Shown here: piece after piece, positions 1 through 12,320 of the stretch | Layout of the letters: every line of letters starts with the position of its first letter | Position numbering within the stretch: the stretch's first letter is position 1 | NCBI GenBank assembly: GCA_963775425.1 | Contig: CAVZJB010000005.1 | Span: forward strand, 640,001-704,000 | Source of the DNA: an uncultured delta proteobacterium | GTDB taxonomy: Bacteria; Myxococcota; UBA727; VGSZ01 | Direction: 5' to 3' | DNA length: 64,000 bases | Made by a program: the position numbers and the translations under genes | The notes under the pieces: model-generated | The model's input: only the letters and a program-made list of their open reading frames with translations | Told to the model about the DNA's origin: nothing | Databases searched by the model: none

Positions 1-1113
1 ACGCGCGATCCGGCCGGGAACCCCCACGATGGCCTCGTCCACCTGGCCACGCCCAACGGTCAAGCCACGACGTTCGACGACATCTCTTCCGAGGTCGGCG
101 GCGCGACCAACACGGGCGCGTCGGTCGCGTTCACCGAGGGAGCTGGCGGCAGTCGCGTCGTCCTCCGGTCTCGCGCCGGAGCCTCGGTCATCGTCGCCGC
201 CGTGCCCGACAAGACCGAGGCCGGGGGCTCCTTTCTGGCGGATCTCGGCGCGGCGAGCGCGGCCAGCCTCGTGCTCACGGGGCCCGACACGCTCGGTGAG
301 ACGATTCGGCGCATCGACGACATCAACGGCGACGGCATGCCCGAGGTCGGCGTCTCCGTCGTCGGAGACGCGCAGTCGGGGACGCCGGTCGGGGTCCTCG
401 CGCTCAACGTGAAGCCCATCTCGGGTGCCCAGATCCAGATCGACGCGCCCGTCGCGTGGGCCACGCCGACCAACGCGCTGGGCTTCGGCGCGGCGTTCGC
501 GTCGCTCGGCAACGTGCTCGGCGACTCGAAGGCGGAGCTCGCGATCGGTGCGCCGCTCGAGGGCGCCGGCGCGGTCTACGTCGCCGTCGGCGGCTCGCCC
601 ACGCCGGTCAACGTCTATGCACGCGTCGCGCCCCCGGGGGGCCTGTCTGCCGACGCTGCGTTTGGCGCCGCCGTGGAGCCGCTCGGCGACCTCGACGGCG
701 ACGGCAAGCCCGAGCTGCTGGTCGGGGCCCCGTACCATAGCCTCGGCGGAACGGTGAACGAGTGCGGCGACGAGCCCGGCGCCCCGTCCTCGTACGCCGG
801 CGACTGTGCGGGAGCAATCGTTGTCGTCCGCGGCAGCGACCTCGCCGTCCCGGACGCGAACGATGTCGACTCCAGTTGCGTCCAGCCCGGCGTCTCCGGG
901 GAGCGCCTCGGCGCGGCGATGCGCGCGCTCGAGCCCGTCGCGTCAGGCGGTGTGCGGGTCGCCGTGGGCGCACCCGCGACGGCGGTCGCACCAGGGAGCG
1001 CCTTCGTCTTCACGATCACGATGGATGGAAGCGGCGTATGTAGCTTCAGCAGCGTCGCGCTCCCGGCCCGCGGGCAGAACGGGGATCGCTTCGGGTTCTC
1101 GTTCGCGCAGTGA
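1..1113 (+). CDS. FG-GAP (integrin-alpha-like) repeat protein, 5'-partial
   Basis: Frame open from base 1; repeated DINGDGMPEV, DLDGDGKPELLVGAP, FGAA and GAP motifs; ends GDRFGFSFAQ. Confidence 0.85.
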   Translation, partial: TRDPAGNPHDGLVHLATPNGQATTFDDISSEVGGATNTGASVAFTEGAGGSRVVLRSRAGASVIVAAVPDKTEAGGSFLADLGAASAASLVLTGPDTLGETIRRIDDINGDGMPEVGVSVVGDAQSGTPVGVLALNVKPISGAQIQIDAPVAWATPTNALGFGAAFASLGNVLGDSKAELAIGAPLEGAGAVYVAVGGSPTPVNVYARVAPPGGLSADAAFGAAVEPLGDLDGDGKPELLVGAPYHSLGGTVNECGDEPGAPSSYAGDCAGAIVVVRGSDLAVPDANDVDSSCVQPGVSGERLGAAMRALEPVASGGVRVAVGAPATAVAPGSAFVFTITMDGSGVCSFSSVALPARGQNGDRFGFSFAQ

Positions 1114-1138
1114 CGACCGTCAGGCGGGCGAACGTCGG

Positions 1139-3523
<2,385 letters not shown>

Positions 3524-3544
3524 TCCACGACGACCATAGCGCGC

Positions 3545-4039
3545 CTACACGCGCGGCGACATGCGGTCCACGAAGTACATGAGCGCGGGCACGTCCATGA
3601 AGGTCAGGCAGATGTCGCCGAATTGCACCTCGTCGCCGGAGCGGAGCGTGGCGGTGCCGGCGACGGCGCCGCCGTTGATCCGGGTGCCGAGACGGGAGCC
3701 GACGTCGCGCACGGTCCACGGGGGTCCGGGCTCGAAGAAGGCGTGGAGGCGGGAGACCGATGGATCCTCGATGGGGACGTCGTTGTTCGCCGTGCGTCCC
3801 ACAGTGACCTTCACGATCGACAGGGATCGGTCGCGCTTGCGCACCGGGAGGATCAGCCAGTCGACGGCGAGGCCGCCGGCGCCGGGCGCGGGCGACGCCG
3901 GCGCCGAGCGCGTCTGCTCGAAGCGCTTGGGCGGGCGCAGGCTGCCGGCGACGGCGACGAGGAAGGCGTCCCCGTGGCGCGCCGTGAATTCGTCTGCGGA
4001 GAGGGCGCGCACGTCCCCGGTGAGATCACCGAGCTTCAC
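3545..4039 (-). CDS. FHA domain protein
   Basis: VGRTANNDV..SVSRLHA..DVGSRLGTRING FHA signature. Confidence 0.92.
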   Translation of the reverse strand: MKLGDLTGDVRALSADEFTARHGDAFLVAVAGSLRPPKRFEQTRSAPASPAPGAGGLAVDWLILPVRKRDRSLSIVKVTVGRTANNDVPIEDPSVSRLHAFFEPGPPWTVRDVGSRLGTRINGGAVAGTATLRSGDEVQFGDICLTFMDVPALMYFVDRMSPRV

Positions 4040-4045
4040 ACGGGA

Positions 4046-4095
4046 AAATTACCGTACCGAGCGCCGGCCGCGAAATATCTCCTCGGGTGTATCCT
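4046..4095. promoter_or_regulatory. Back-to-back putative -10 boxes (TAATTT on -, TATCCT on +), each 6 nt from a GTG start
   Basis: aaatta at 4046-4051 and tatcct at 4090-4095; no Shine-Dalgarno before either start. Confidence 0.45.
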
Positions 4096-4101
4096 CGTGG
4101 C

Positions 4102-4941
4102 GTGATGCTCCTCGTCGTGCCCGGAGCCGGCGACGTCGAAGTCGCAGCGCAGCGGCTGGCGGGCCTCGGGATCGCTGCGTACGACGCCCGCCAGAGGCTG
4201 CTGCGGGGGGTGCCCTTCGCCCTCGGCTGCGACGTGGAGCGCGCCCGAGGGACCGCCGTGGAGCTGCGCGGCGCCGGCGTGGAGGCGTTCGCCGTCGACG
4301 AGGAGGTCCTGGCGCGCTCGCCGCCGCTCCTCGTGGTCAGGAGCTTCAACCTCTTCCCCGAGGGCATCGAGATCACCACCCGGCCCACCGCGGCGGTGCC
4401 GGCGGCCACGCACGCGGTGCGCTGGTCCCACATCGAGCTCATCGCCGCGGCGCGGGCGGTGCAGAGCACCGTCGTTCACACCGAGACGACGCGACGCAAG
4501 ATGACCGCGAACCCCGTGAAGATGATGCGCAAGAAGACACAGGTGGATCGCCAACACGAGCAGTCCGACGAGCGCTTCACCCTCGTGCTCGCCCGCGAGC
4601 CCGACGTGCTGATGCGCTTCGACCTCGAGGGCCTCGACTACACGGGCCTCGCCGAGCGGCGCCAGCCGGTGGCGCGCGGCAACTACGACGCCCTCGTGGC
4701 GCTGGTGCGCGCGTCGGCGCCGCAGGCGGCCGTCGACGATCGCCTCGAAAAGCTCGCCGCGCGCCTCGCCGGCGCGCCGGCGGCGTCGTCGTTGTCGGCG
4801 CAGAGCCGCGGCAGGGTGAAGACCGTCACGCAGAGCTTCAGCGACGACAACGAGGGCGCCGTGGTCGCCGCCGCGCGCCTGTTGTGCCTGGCGCAGCGCC
4901 TGCGCGCGCCGGCGCAAGGGCGCGCGGCCCCCGAGCGCTAG
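4102..4941 (+). CDS. Hypothetical protein
   Basis: GC3-biased ORF with natural composition; start moved to GTG 4102. Confidence 0.75.
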   Translation: MMLLVVPGAGDVEVAAQRLAGLGIAAYDARQRLLRGVPFALGCDVERARGTAVELRGAGVEAFAVDEEVLARSPPLLVVRSFNLFPEGIEITTRPTAAVPAATHAVRWSHIELIAAARAVQSTVVHTETTRRKMTANPVKMMRKKTQVDRQHEQSDERFTLVLAREPDVLMRFDLEGLDYTGLAERRQPVARGNYDALVALVRASAPQAAVDDRLEKLAARLAGAPAASSLSAQSRGRVKTVTQSFSDDNEGAVVAAARLLCLAQRLRAPAQGRAAPER

Positions 4942-5011
4942 GCGGATCGCCGGGAACCGGGGCGCCGCGCGGGGTGTCTCACCGGGGCCGCCCACAGGCG
5001 CCCCGGGGAGT

Positions 5012-5692
5012 GTGAGAATGGCTCGTGCCATGACCGCGAAGACCACCGACGAAGCCCGTCCGCGGCCGGCCGCCACGTCGCTGCGCCCCCTGCCCCAGGG
5101 GGACGGCGCGGAGGAGGCCCTGGCGGAGCGCGCCGCCCAGGGGGACACCGGGGCGTTCGACGCCCTGGTCACCCTGTTTTCCGGACGGGTGTTCGCGGTG
5201 GCCTACCGGATGCTGCAGGACCGGGCGGAGGCGGAGGACCTCTCCCAGGAGGTCTTCGTGGCGCTCTACCACGCGCTGCCGACGTTCCGGGGGGAGAGCC
5301 GGCTGTCGACGTGGATCTACCGGATCACGCGCAACCGCTGCCTGAACAAGATGAAGTTCCTCAAGCGGCGCCACGTCGGCAGCCACGCCGACATCGACGA
5401 CCCCGCCGTCGCGCGCGGCGTCGCCGACCCCGAGACCGACGTCCGCGGCGCCAGAGACGCCGATCGCCGCCTCGAGCGCGGCGAGCTGTCGAAGGTCCTC
5501 GAGCGGCACCTGCGCGACCTCCCCGAGGAGCAGCGCACGCTGGTGATCCTGCGCGATCTCGAGGACCTCTCCTACGACGAGATCGCGGAGGTCACCGGCC
5601 TCCCGCTCGGGACGGTGAAGTCCCGTTTGCATCGAGCGCGCGCGGAGCTTTCGCAGCGGCTCGGCCCCGTCCTCGACGAACTCGTGATCTGA
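5012..5692 (+). CDS. ECF RNA polymerase sigma-70 factor (start may be 5018 or 5030)
   Basis: AEDLSQEVF, STWIYRI, LSYDEIAEVTGLPLGTVKSRLHRAR (regions 2 and 4). Confidence 0.95.
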   Translation: MRMARAMTAKTTDEARPRPAATSLRPLPQGDGAEEALAERAAQGDTGAFDALVTLFSGRVFAVAYRMLQDRAEAEDLSQEVFVALYHALPTFRGESRLSTWIYRITRNRCLNKMKFLKRRHVGSHADIDDPAVARGVADPETDVRGARDADRRLERGELSKVLERHLRDLPEEQRTLVILRDLEDLSYDEIAEVTGLPLGTVKSRLHRARAELSQRLGPVLDELVI

Positions 5693-5693
5693 A

Positions 5694-6413
5694 ATGCCTC
5701 GCCTGGAGCTCATCATGACCGACAAGAAGCTGACCCCCGATGACGCGCGCGCGCTCTTGAGCGACCACGTCGAGGGCGCCCTCGACGACGACACGCGCGC
5801 CGAGGTGGACGCCCTCCTCGCGTCCGACGCCGCGCTCGCCGCGGAGCGCCGCCGCCTCGCGGCGACGATGTCCCTGCTGCAGACGTTGCCGCGGCCGGAG
5901 CCGCCCGCCGACGTCGTCGGCAAGGTGCGCGACCGCCTCGCCGCCGAGCGCCGCTCGGCTCTCGAGGCGAGCGGCGCCGCGGACGCGCCGCCGGCGCGCT
6001 TCGACGACGGCCTCGCGCGTCGGGCCCGGCGCGGCTGGCGCCGCTTTGGCGGGATCGAGGCCGCGATGGGGCTGTCGGCGCTCGCGGCGGTCGCGGTGCT
6101 CATCGCGGTCGCCGGCCACGAGGCGTCGTCGGTGCCGGCGGGCCCCGCCGCGGGCACCATCGAGGTCGCCGGCACCAGCGGCGGCGAGCGCGCGGTGACG
6201 GCCACCCTCGTCGTCCCCGGCGTCCCCCACAGCCTCGTCGCCGCGCTCGCCGCCAAGGCCGGGATGGAGACCGTCGACGGCAACGTCTACGAGGGCGACC
6301 GCCGCGCGGCCGCCCGCTTCTTGATCGAGCTGAAGACGGCGGCGGCCGAGCGGGGCGTCGAGGTCTCGGGCTTCGTCCCCGACGCCACCCGCGTCCGCCT
6401 CGAGATCCGTTGA
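5694..6413 (+). CDS. Putative transmembrane anti-sigma factor
   Basis: Directly after ECF sigma; N-terminal ASD-like LLSDHVEGALDD; single TM. Confidence 0.8.
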   Translation: MPRLELIMTDKKLTPDDARALLSDHVEGALDDDTRAEVDALLASDAALAAERRRLAATMSLLQTLPRPEPPADVVGKVRDRLAAERRSALEASGAADAPPARFDDGLARRARRGWRRFGGIEAAMGLSALAAVAVLIAVAGHEASSVPAGPAAGTIEVAGTSGGERAVTATLVVPGVPHSLVAALAAKAGMETVDGNVYEGDRRAAARFLIELKTAAAERGVEVSGFVPDATRVRLEIR

Positions 6414-6432
6414 GCGGCGGGCCGCGCCCCCG

Positions 6433-8052
6433 TCAGGGCGGCGGGCCGCCGAAGCGGACGCCCTCTCCCTCGAGGGCTGCCTTCAGGCGCGTGGCGCGGC
6501 CGCGGCCGTCGATGCCGGGGAAGGCGAGCAACGAGGCCGCGAGCTTTTCGACGGCGACGCGGGCCTTGTCGCGGTCGTCGCAATACCAGCTCCACGGCAG
6601 CACCTGATCGAGCGTCTCGTTGAGCTCGTCGCCGAGCACCTTCTTCAGGCACGCCGGCCCCTTGCCCCACACCGGCCGCGCCGCGTCGAGGGCCGCGGCG
6701 AGCTCCTCGGGCGCGAAGCAGCCCTGGTCGTCGGTGACCTGCCGGATCCCCGCCGTGAAGCCTGGACCCACAATCGGCCCCGCCGCCGCCAGGAACGCGC
6801 GGGTGTCGGCGCCCTTGGCGAGGGCGGCGAGCTGCGTGTCGCTGCGGTCGAGGTGGAACAGCTCGCCGTCGCCGAGGGCGAGGCCCGGCAGCGCGTCGGC
6901 GAGCGCCTCGACGGCCTTCTCGTACGCGTCGAGCTTCGCCGTGTCGCCGAGCACGGCGGAGCGCTGCGCGTCCAGCGGATCCTCGGAGGCGTCGGCGACG
7001 ACGTCGGCCTCGGCGCGCAGCGCACACAGCTTGTCGTCGCTCGTGAGCTTCCGGGCGTGGGACCGGTATGCGACGAGCGCGTCGACGACCCTCTTCGGCA
7101 GGTCGAGCTGCGCGCCGAGCGCGCGGATGTCGGCGGCGTGCCTCGCTGCGCCGGCCGGGGCCGCGCGCTCCTTCACCACGGCGCCGAGCGCGTCGAGCGC
7201 CGCCGCCGCCTTCGTCCGCGCCGCCGACGCGGGCAGGGCCGCCACCGCGGCGCGCGCCTTGTCGACGAGCGGGCCGACGTCGTCCAGCGGCAGGTCCGCG
7301 TTCCCGCCGATGTCGTCGACGAGCCACGTGGCGGTGCCGGCGATATGCGCGAGGGCCGCGCCCGCGTGCGGCCCCTGCGGGTGCGCGCGCAGGTAACGGA
7401 CCTCGAGCCGCACCATCCAGTCCATGTGGCAGCCGGCGTTGGTCTCGCACTCGCCGTCGCGCCCGTGCTCGACGAGGAACCACATCGCGGGCTCGGAGAC
7501 GGGCGTGTCGCGCGCGTCGTCGACGAGCTTGAGGATGGGGGCCCGGCGGAGGCGCTTGCCCTGGCTCGGGTCGTCGTAGATGCGCTTGTCGCCCGCGAAG
7601 ACGGCGGCGTGTTTGTCGAGGAGGCGGAGCTCGTCGAGGCGCGCGGCGAGGCGCAGGTTGCGGTCGGCGGTGCCGTCGATCTGGCGGCGGATGAGGCCGT
7701 CGAGCTCGTAGAGGTCGGCGCGCTCGGCGTCGTCGAGGGCGCCCATGCGCTTGTCGATGAGCGCCTGGAGCTGGGCGTCCCCGTCGTCGGCGACGGGCGC
7801 CGTCAGCGGCTCGAAGGCCCAGCCGACGCGATCGCCCGCGCGCACCTTGCAGAACGCGCCGTGGGTGCCGCCGACATCGACGTCGGGGCTGCGCTCCCCG
7901 CACTCGATGACGGTGCCGAGGGGGACGCGCAGCACCACCGCCGACGACGCGTTGGGCTCCGCGTGCAGGCGCAGGCCCGTGACGGTGACGAGGCGGAGGT
8001 CGCCGCCGACGGCGGACGCGACGAGCAAGGGGAGGAGCAGCGCGCGCAGCAT
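6433..8052 (-). CDS. Secreted protein with N-terminal SH3b-like domain
   Basis: Signal peptide MLRALLLPLLVASA; GLRLHAEPNASSAVV...GWAF SH3b-like pattern. Confidence 0.7.
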   Translation of the reverse strand: MLRALLLPLLVASAVGGDLRLVTVTGLRLHAEPNASSAVVLRVPLGTVIECGERSPDVDVGGTHGAFCKVRAGDRVGWAFEPLTAPVADDGDAQLQALIDKRMGALDDAERADLYELDGLIRRQIDGTADRNLRLAARLDELRLLDKHAAVFAGDKRIYDDPSQGKRLRRAPILKLVDDARDTPVSEPAMWFLVEHGRDGECETNAGCHMDWMVRLEVRYLRAHPQGPHAGAALAHIAGTATWLVDDIGGNADLPLDDVGPLVDKARAAVAALPASAARTKAAAALDALGAVVKERAAPAGAARHAADIRALGAQLDLPKRVVDALVAYRSHARKLTSDDKLCALRAEADVVADASEDPLDAQRSAVLGDTAKLDAYEKAVEALADALPGLALGDGELFHLDRSDTQLAALAKGADTRAFLAAAGPIVGPGFTAGIRQVTDDQGCFAPEELAAALDAARPVWGKGPACLKKVLGDELNETLDQVLPWSWYCDDRDKARVAVEKLAASLLAFPGIDGRGRATRLKAALEGEGVRFGGPPP

Positions 8053-8206
8053 GGCGACCAAGGTACCTCTCCGCGGGCGACGGGGGCTCACGGATCCTGC
8101 CGAGGTCCGCCGCCCGCTTCTCGCCGGTCGACAGGGAGCGAGCGCGGTTTTTTACCCCGCGGAGGCATCTCCCACGCGCTCGAGCATCGCGCGGACGAGA
8201 TCGCCG

Positions 8207-9574
8207 TCAGGCGCGCTCGAGGAAGAACAGGGTCTCGACCTCGGGCGTGGCGGGGAACAGGTCGAGGGGCTCCACCGCGAGGAGGCGGTAGCCGGCGTCG
8301 ACGAACGCGCGGGCGTCGCGGGCGCCGGCGTCGGGGTCGCAGGCGACGAGGACGACGCGGCGGGCGCCGAGGGCGGCGAGGCCGGCGGCGGCGTCTTTGA
8401 GGCCGGCCTTGGGCGGGTCCGCGACCAGGCCCGCGAGCGGCCCCCGGGCGCGCAGGGCGGGGAGCGCGTCCTCGACGCTGCGGGCCACGACGTCGATGGA
8501 CGACAGCGCCCGCAGCGCCTCCACCCCGGCGGGCGCGCGCTCGACGGCGACGACCCCCGCGGCGCCGGCCGCGAGGAGGGCGCGCGCGAAGCCGCCGGCG
8601 CCCGCGTAGAGGTCGGCGAAGGTGGCCTCGCTCGCGCCCGCCGGGGCGGCGGTGAGGAAGGCGGCGGCGCGGGCGGTCATGTGCGCGGCGAGCGCGGGGT
8701 CGGCCTGGCAGAAGGCGTCGACGGACGCAGGCGGGCCGCCCTCGAGGGGCGTCAGCGCGCGCGGTCCGGCGACGCGCTCGACGGCGCCGCCGACGATGCT
8801 GTTGCCCCGGCCCTCGTCCACGCGCAGGGCCAACGACAGGACGACGCCGCCGGGGGCGGCCCCGTCGCCGGCCGACCCCGAAGGTGCGACGAGCGCCGCC
8901 AGCGTCGCCCAGGTCGCGTCGTCCACGGGAGCGCCCGTGACGACGACGACGCCGGCCCCCTCGACGAAGGCGCGCGCGATCACGGCCTTCACGCCGCGCG
9001 GGTCCGTCGACGCGGGCGCCACGCCGGCGCGGTCGAGCGCCCGGGTGACGGCGCCGAGCGCGGCCGTGATGCGCGGGTCCTGGTGGGGGCAGCGCGCGGC
9101 GTCCTCGAGGTCGTGCGAGTGGGGCACGTACATGCCGAGCACGACGCGGCCGGCCGCGCCGCCGGCGGTGAGCTTGACCTTCTGGCGCCGCGCGCGCGCG
9201 GGCTCGACGTCGCCGACGTCGATGGCGCCCTCGGAGCGCTCGACGAGGCCGGCGTCCTCGAGCGCCTGCACCACGCGCTGGCGTTTCAGCGCGCGCACGA
9301 AGCCGGGGTCGGCGCCCTCGAGGGGGCAGCCGGCGCAAGGCGCGGGGTGGGGGCAGGCGCGCTCCCCGTGCAGCGGCCCGCGCCAGACGAAGTCGTCGGC
9401 GCGCGCCTGCGCGAGCCCCCGCGCCGCAAAGACGCGCTCGACAATCGCGCGCACGCGATCGCCGGGGAGCGCGCCGCGCACGGCGACGTCGAGGCCGCCC
9501 ACCACGGCGCGGCCGCGGCCCTCGTCGTCGACGCCGTCGACGACGACGTCCATGACCTGGCCGGGCGTCACCAC
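8207..9574 (-). CDS. rlmD: RlmD/TrmA-family RNA m5U methyltransferase
   Basis: TRAM-like N-terminus, CPHPAPCAGC Fe-S motif, DLYAGAGGF, ADPPKAGL, VACDP, DLFPATPEVE. Confidence 0.85.
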   Translation of the reverse strand: MVTPGQVMDVVVDGVDDEGRGRAVVGGLDVAVRGALPGDRVRAIVERVFAARGLAQARADDFVWRGPLHGERACPHPAPCAGCPLEGADPGFVRALKRQRVVQALEDAGLVERSEGAIDVGDVEPARARRQKVKLTAGGAAGRVVLGMYVPHSHDLEDAARCPHQDPRITAALGAVTRALDRAGVAPASTDPRGVKAVIARAFVEGAGVVVVTGAPVDDATWATLAALVAPSGSAGDGAAPGGVVLSLALRVDEGRGNSIVGGAVERVAGPRALTPLEGGPPASVDAFCQADPALAAHMTARAAAFLTAAPAGASEATFADLYAGAGGFARALLAAGAAGVVAVERAPAGVEALRALSSIDVVARSVEDALPALRARGPLAGLVADPPKAGLKDAAAGLAALGARRVVLVACDPDAGARDARAFVDAGYRLLAVEPLDLFPATPEVETLFFLERA

Positions 9575-9629
9575 CGCCCCGCTGTGGCGAAGGCGTTCGG
9601 GCCGAGGCCGGCGGCGCCACGACGCGCGG

Positions 9630-10055
9630 TCATGGGCCGAGGCCGACCCAGGTGACGCCGTCCTTGCCGTGCTCCCGCTTCCAGATCGGCGCGTCTTCCT
9701 TCAGCCGATCGATCAGCACCTCGCACGCACGGAACGCTTCTTTGCGGTGCGGCGCGCTGGCCGCGACCACCACGGCGAGGTCGCCGACGGTGAGCGCGCC
9801 CACGCGGTGCTGCACCGAGACCTTCGCCCCGGCAAAGCGCGCGACGGTCTCCTCGGCGATCTTCGTGATGACCCTGGTCGCCATCTCGGCGTACGCCTCG
9901 TACTCGAGCTTGTCGACGCTGACGACGTCGCCGTCCTTCAGCGTGTGGTCGCGCACGCAGCCGAGCATCACGACGACGGCGCCGGCGCCCGGGTGCTTGA
10001 CGAACGCGACGGCGGCGTCGACGGAGAGCGGCTGGTCCTGCACCGACACATGCAT
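9630..10055 (-). CDS. moaE: Molybdopterin synthase catalytic subunit
   Basis: LEYEAYAEMA, HRVG, SAPHRKEAF, APIWKRE; GGAGG RBS upstream. Confidence 0.95.
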   Translation of the reverse strand: MHVSVQDQPLSVDAAVAFVKHPGAGAVVVMLGCVRDHTLKDGDVVSVDKLEYEAYAEMATRVITKIAEETVARFAGAKVSVQHRVGALTVGDLAVVVAASAPHRKEAFRACEVLIDRLKEDAPIWKREHGKDGVTWVGLGP

Positions 10056-10060
10056 CTCGA

Positions 10061-10297
10061 TCAACCTCCGGCCACGGGCGGGATGAGCGCCACCTCGGCG
10101 CCCTCGGGCACCGCGTCCCCCGGCAGCGCGAACGCCTGGTTTACGGCCACGCGGCACCGCGGCACGAGGTCGGCCAGGACCGGGTGCCGCGCCACGATGG
10201 CGGCGACGACGTCGGCCACGGTGCCCGACGCCGGGACCTCGTCGGACGAAAGGCCCACCCGCTCCCGACACGCGGCGAAGTAGAGCACCCGCACCAT
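10061..10297 (-). CDS. moaD: Molybdopterin synthase sulfur carrier
   Basis: 78 aa, VLYFAA..RVAVNQ..IPPVAGG with C-terminal Gly-Gly. Confidence 0.93.
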   Translation of the reverse strand: MVRVLYFAACRERVGLSSDEVPASGTVADVVAAIVARHPVLADLVPRCRVAVNQAFALPGDAVPEGAEVALIPPVAGG

Positions 10298-10357
10298 GGG
10301 GTCCCCATACCGAGCGCGCCGTTGACCGTCCACGGAGTCACCGCTAGGCACGGCGCC

Positions 10358-11293
10358 ATGCGCATCGCATTTCTCTTCCCGGGGCAGGGCAGCCAGGCCG
10401 TGGGCATGGGCAAGGCCCTCGCCGAAACGAGCGCCGCCGCGCGCCGCGTCTTCGAGGAGGCCGACGAGGCCCTCGGCGAGAAGCTCTCGCAGACCATCTT
10501 CGAGGGCCCGGCCGATGAGCTGAAGCGCACCCGCACCACCCAGCCCGCCATCCTCACGACGTCCATCGCCTGCCTGCGCGCCCTCGAGGAGCGCGCCCCC
10601 GGCTTCAGCCCGGTCTACGTCGCCGGCCACTCCCTCGGGGAGCTCAGCGCGCTCGTGGGCGCCGGCGCCATGTCGCTCGCCGACGCCGTCAAGGCCGTCC
10701 GCGCCCGCGGCACCTTCATGCAGGAGGCCGTGCCCGAGGGGCAGGGGGCCATGGCCGCCGTGCTCGGCCTCGACGCCGCCCGCATCGGCGAGGTGCTCGA
10801 CGGGGTCGACGGCGCGTGGGTCGCCAACTTCAACGGCGCCGAGCAGACCGTCATCGCGGGCACCCAGGCCGGCGTCGACGCCGCCGGCGCCGCCCTCAAG
10901 GCCGCCGGCGCCCGCCGGGTGCTGCCGCTGCCGGTGAGCGCCCCGTTCCACAGCCCGCTGATGGAGCCGGTGAAGCCGCGCCTCGCCGAGGTCCTGTCCG
11001 GCGTCGCCTTCGCGGCGCCCAAGGTCCCCGTCGTCACCAACGTCGAGGCCAAGCCCAACGCCGACGCCTCGCGCATCCAGGAGCTGCTCGTGCAGCAGGT
11101 GACGGCGCCCGTGCGCTTCACCGAGATCGCGCGCTTCCTCCTCGACGACGCCGTCGAGGGTTTCGTCGAGGTCGGCCCCGGCAAGGTGCTCACCGGCATC
11201 GTCAAGCGGATGGCGCCGAAGGACGGCGGGCCGAGGCTCGGCAACGTCGAGGACGACAAGTCGCTCGAAGAGGTGCTGTCGTGGATGAGCTGA
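10358..11293 (+). CDS. fabD: Malonyl CoA-ACP transacylase
   Basis: FPGQGSQ, TQPA, GHSLGE, VSAPFHS. Confidence 0.97.
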   Translation: MRIAFLFPGQGSQAVGMGKALAETSAAARRVFEEADEALGEKLSQTIFEGPADELKRTRTTQPAILTTSIACLRALEERAPGFSPVYVAGHSLGELSALVGAGAMSLADAVKAVRARGTFMQEAVPEGQGAMAAVLGLDAARIGEVLDGVDGAWVANFNGAEQTVIAGTQAGVDAAGAALKAAGARRVLPLPVSAPFHSPLMEPVKPRLAEVLSGVAFAAPKVPVVTNVEAKPNADASRIQELLVQQVTAPVRFTEIARFLLDDAVEGFVEVGPGKVLTGIVKRMAPKDGGPRLGNVEDDKSLEEVLSWMS

Positions 11294-12018
11294 AGGACAA
11301 GATCGCCGTCGTCACCGGCGCCTCCCGCGGCATCGGCCGCGCCGTCGCCGTCGCCCTCGCCAAGGAGGGCGCGCGCGTGGTCGTCAACTACGCCGGCAAC
11401 GAGGCCGCGGCCAACGAGACGGCCAAGCTGTGCGGCGACGGCGCCGTGGTCATGAAGTTCGACGTCTCCAAGCGCGACGAGGTCGACGCGGCGTTCGACG
11501 AGGTCAAGCAGAAGCTCGGCGGGCTCCACGTGCTGGTCAACAACGCGGGCATCTCCAAGGACGGCCTGCTCCTGCGCTTCAAGGACGACGACTGGGCGCA
11601 GACGCTCGCCACCAACCTCACGGGCGCGTTCCAGTGCGCCCGCGCCGGCGCCCGCATGATGACCAAGCAGCGCTGGGGACGGATCATCAACATCTCGTCG
11701 GTGGTGGGCCAAAGCGGCAACGCCGGCCAGGTGGCGTACGCGTCGGCCAAGGCGGGCCTCCTCGGGCTCACCAAGACCCTCGCCCAGGAGCTCGCGTCGC
11801 GGAGCGTCACGGTGAACGCGGTCACCCCCGGCTTCATCGACACCGACATGACGGCCGCGCTCAACGAACAGCAGCGCGCCGCCATCCTCGAGCAGATCCC
11901 GCTCAGGTTCATCGGGGCCGCCGAAGACGTCGCCCACGCCGTCGCGTACCTCGCCTCTGACAAGGCGCGTTACGTCACCGGCCATGTGCTCGCCGTGAAC
12001 GGCGGCATGTACATGTGA
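11281..12018 (+). CDS. fabG: 3-oxoacyl-ACP reductase
   Basis: [32 protein letters not shown]; GTG start overlaps fabD. Confidence 0.97.
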   Translation: MDELKDKIAVVTGASRGIGRAVAVALAKEGARVVVNYAGNEAAANETAKLCGDGAVVMKFDVSKRDEVDAAFDEVKQKLGGLHVLVNNAGISKDGLLLRFKDDDWAQTLATNLTGAFQCARAGARMMTKQRWGRIINISSVVGQSGNAGQVAYASAKAGLLGLTKTLAQELASRSVTVNAVTPGFIDTDMTAALNEQQRAAILEQIPLRFIGAAEDVAHAVAYLASDKARYVTGHVLAVNGGMYM

Positions 12019-12079
12019 CGGTTCCGATTGTCTCGCCGACGAAACCCGGCTAACCGCACCCGCATCTTCCGGAGACACC

Positions 12080-12310
12080 ATGTCGATCGAAGCCCGCGTT
12101 CGCTCCATCATCGCCGACCAGCTCGGCATCACCGAGGACGAGATCAAGCCCGAGAGCAAGTTCATCGAGGATCTCGGCGCTGACTCCCTCGACATCGTCG
12201 AGCTCATCATGGCGATGGAGGAGGAGTTCCAGACCGAGATCCCCGACGAGGAAGCGGAGAAGATCCGTTCCGTCGGCGACGCGATCGAGTACGTCAAGTC
12301 GCACTCGTGA
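12080..12310 (+). CDS. acpP: Acyl carrier protein
   Basis: [20 protein letters not shown]. Confidence 0.98.
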   Translation: MSIEARVRSIIADQLGITEDEIKPESKFIEDLGADSLDIVELIMAMEEEFQTEIPDEEAEKIRSVGDAIEYVKSHS

Positions 12311-12320
12311 GGAGCCTCGA

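Noticed and set aside
10061-10951. 296-aa ORF suggesting a MoaD fusion
   Set aside because: The upstream part is antisense to fabD; the real moaD starts at ATG 10297
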